Below are positions 62,921 through 64,000 of a stretch of 64,000 nucleotides of DNA, piece by piece (the stretch's first letter is position 1; each line of letters opens with the position of its first letter). Source of the stretch: Selaginella moellendorffii. Taxonomy: Eukaryota; Plantae; Lycopodiophyta. Both the position numbers and the translations under genes were made by a program. Under the pieces are notes generated by a model. The model searched no databases and had not been told where the DNA came from. It worked only from the letters and a program-made list of their open reading frames with translations. The stretch lies in contig NW_003314261.1 of NCBI RefSeq assembly GCF_000143415.4, positions 5,234,360 through 5,298,359 of the forward strand, given 5' to 3'.

Positions 62921-64000
62921 GGGGGAGTCCTGTGATGAAGTCCATCGTAAGACATTTCTACGAATGATCTGGAATTGGGATACTTTGTAACAAACCCCCA
63001 CTAGCCTTAGTCACGGCTTTGACCTACTGACATGTTGTACATGTCTTTACATAGTCTTGGACGTCCTTAGCCATACCTGGCCAGTGATACTTCCTTTTGA
63101 GTAAGCCCATCGTCTTGGGCATTCCACCATATTTTGCAAGAGGTCTGTCATAATACTCTTCTAAGGCTACCTTCCTTAGTTCCCCTTCTAGAATATACAC
63201 CCTCGTTTATTTATAATAGATGAGTCCATTACGTTTTGCATAGCTTGTTTTCTCTTCCATTGGCAGCTCACCTCTTTGGTGAGCTTCCCGCGCCTCTAGA
63301 TTCCTCAGCAACACTTCTTGTGCTAGACCATCGTTCTCATATGCTGTCTGCACATTATCTCAAAAGGTTGCTATCACATTAGATATCGCCAACTTCAAGC
63401 TCACTTTTCGACTTAGAGCATCCGCCACGATATTGCTCTTCCCAGGCTTGTACAAAATCTCACAATTAAACTTGGCCAAAGCATTGGCCCACTGACCCTG
63501 TTTCCCTCTCAGGTCGAGCTGTGACAAGAAGTGTTTCGTTGCCACATTGTCTGTGTAAACCTTGCAATGTCTCCCAAGGTAGTGTCTCCACTCCTTGAGA
63601 GCCTTGACCTAAATGGTTGTTTTGCTTCAACACTACGCCCAATGCAAAATCTGAAGTATCCGTTTTTACCTCAAAGCCCTTACCAAAATTTGGTAACGCC
63701 AACACAGGAGCCTTCCTCAACTTCCCTTTGAGGTGGACAAATGTAGCCTTGCATTTCGCTGTCCATACCATCTTCCTTTTTCCCATTTGGTTCATTAAAG
63801 GTAGGGTTACTCTCAAATAGTGTTTGATAAACTTTCGGTAGTAGTTGCATAGCCCCAAAAATGCCCTTAACTCATGTATATTCGATGGTCATTCCCATTC
63901 CTGAATTGTTTGGACCTTTTCAAGGTCCACCTTGAGCCCATCTTTGCCCACCACAAAGAAACTTTACCTGTTGTTGAGCAAAGTCATATTTGCTTTTTTA
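62921..64000 (-). pseudogene. pol: Second gypsy pol remnant (RT end, RNase H, integrase start; chromovirus-like)
   Basis: FLGLCNYYRKFI, APVLALPNF...TDTSDFALGVVL, YKPGKSNIVADALSR, YHWPGM, MDFITGLP. Confidence 0.85.

Overview
Eukaryotic land-plant nuclear DNA. The very short (45-80 nt) introns, dense gene packing and gene content suggest a lycophyte such as Selaginella (inference). There are four zones. (1) 1-19.6 kb is a nest of LTR retroelements. An old minus-strand element (family A) has its 5' LTR interrupted by a gag-bearing Ty3/gypsy fragment (B) and by a very young, TSD-flanked, non-coding LTR element (C, 10732-18337). C carries microsatellite arrays in its LTRs and a four-hairpin structured block inside. 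A MuDR remnant follows. (2) 19.9-45.3 kb is a compact gene island: theta GST, GATA TF, F-box/kelch, HAESA-like LRR-RLK (interrupted by a 100-N gap), tRNA fragment, a metazoan-like glutamate dehydrogenase with an antenna-like insert, TLDc protein, CCCH/KH protein, PGP phosphatase, acireductone dioxygenase, AP2/ERF and MATE. (3) ~42.7-58.2 kb, overlapping the end of zone 2, is a rearranged inverted duplication bounded by a MATE gene and its pseudogene. It holds scrambled synaptotagmin pseudogene pieces and two duplicated orphan gene families. Both families look like catalytically dead trypsin-fold proteins, one with a Crinkler/RHS-like ubiquitin-type header and one with Gly/RGG tails. This cluster is the best candidate for an undescribed system. 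(4) 58.2-64 kb is decayed gypsy pol with a solo LTR of family C. All family assignments are by motif recognition; no database searches were run.
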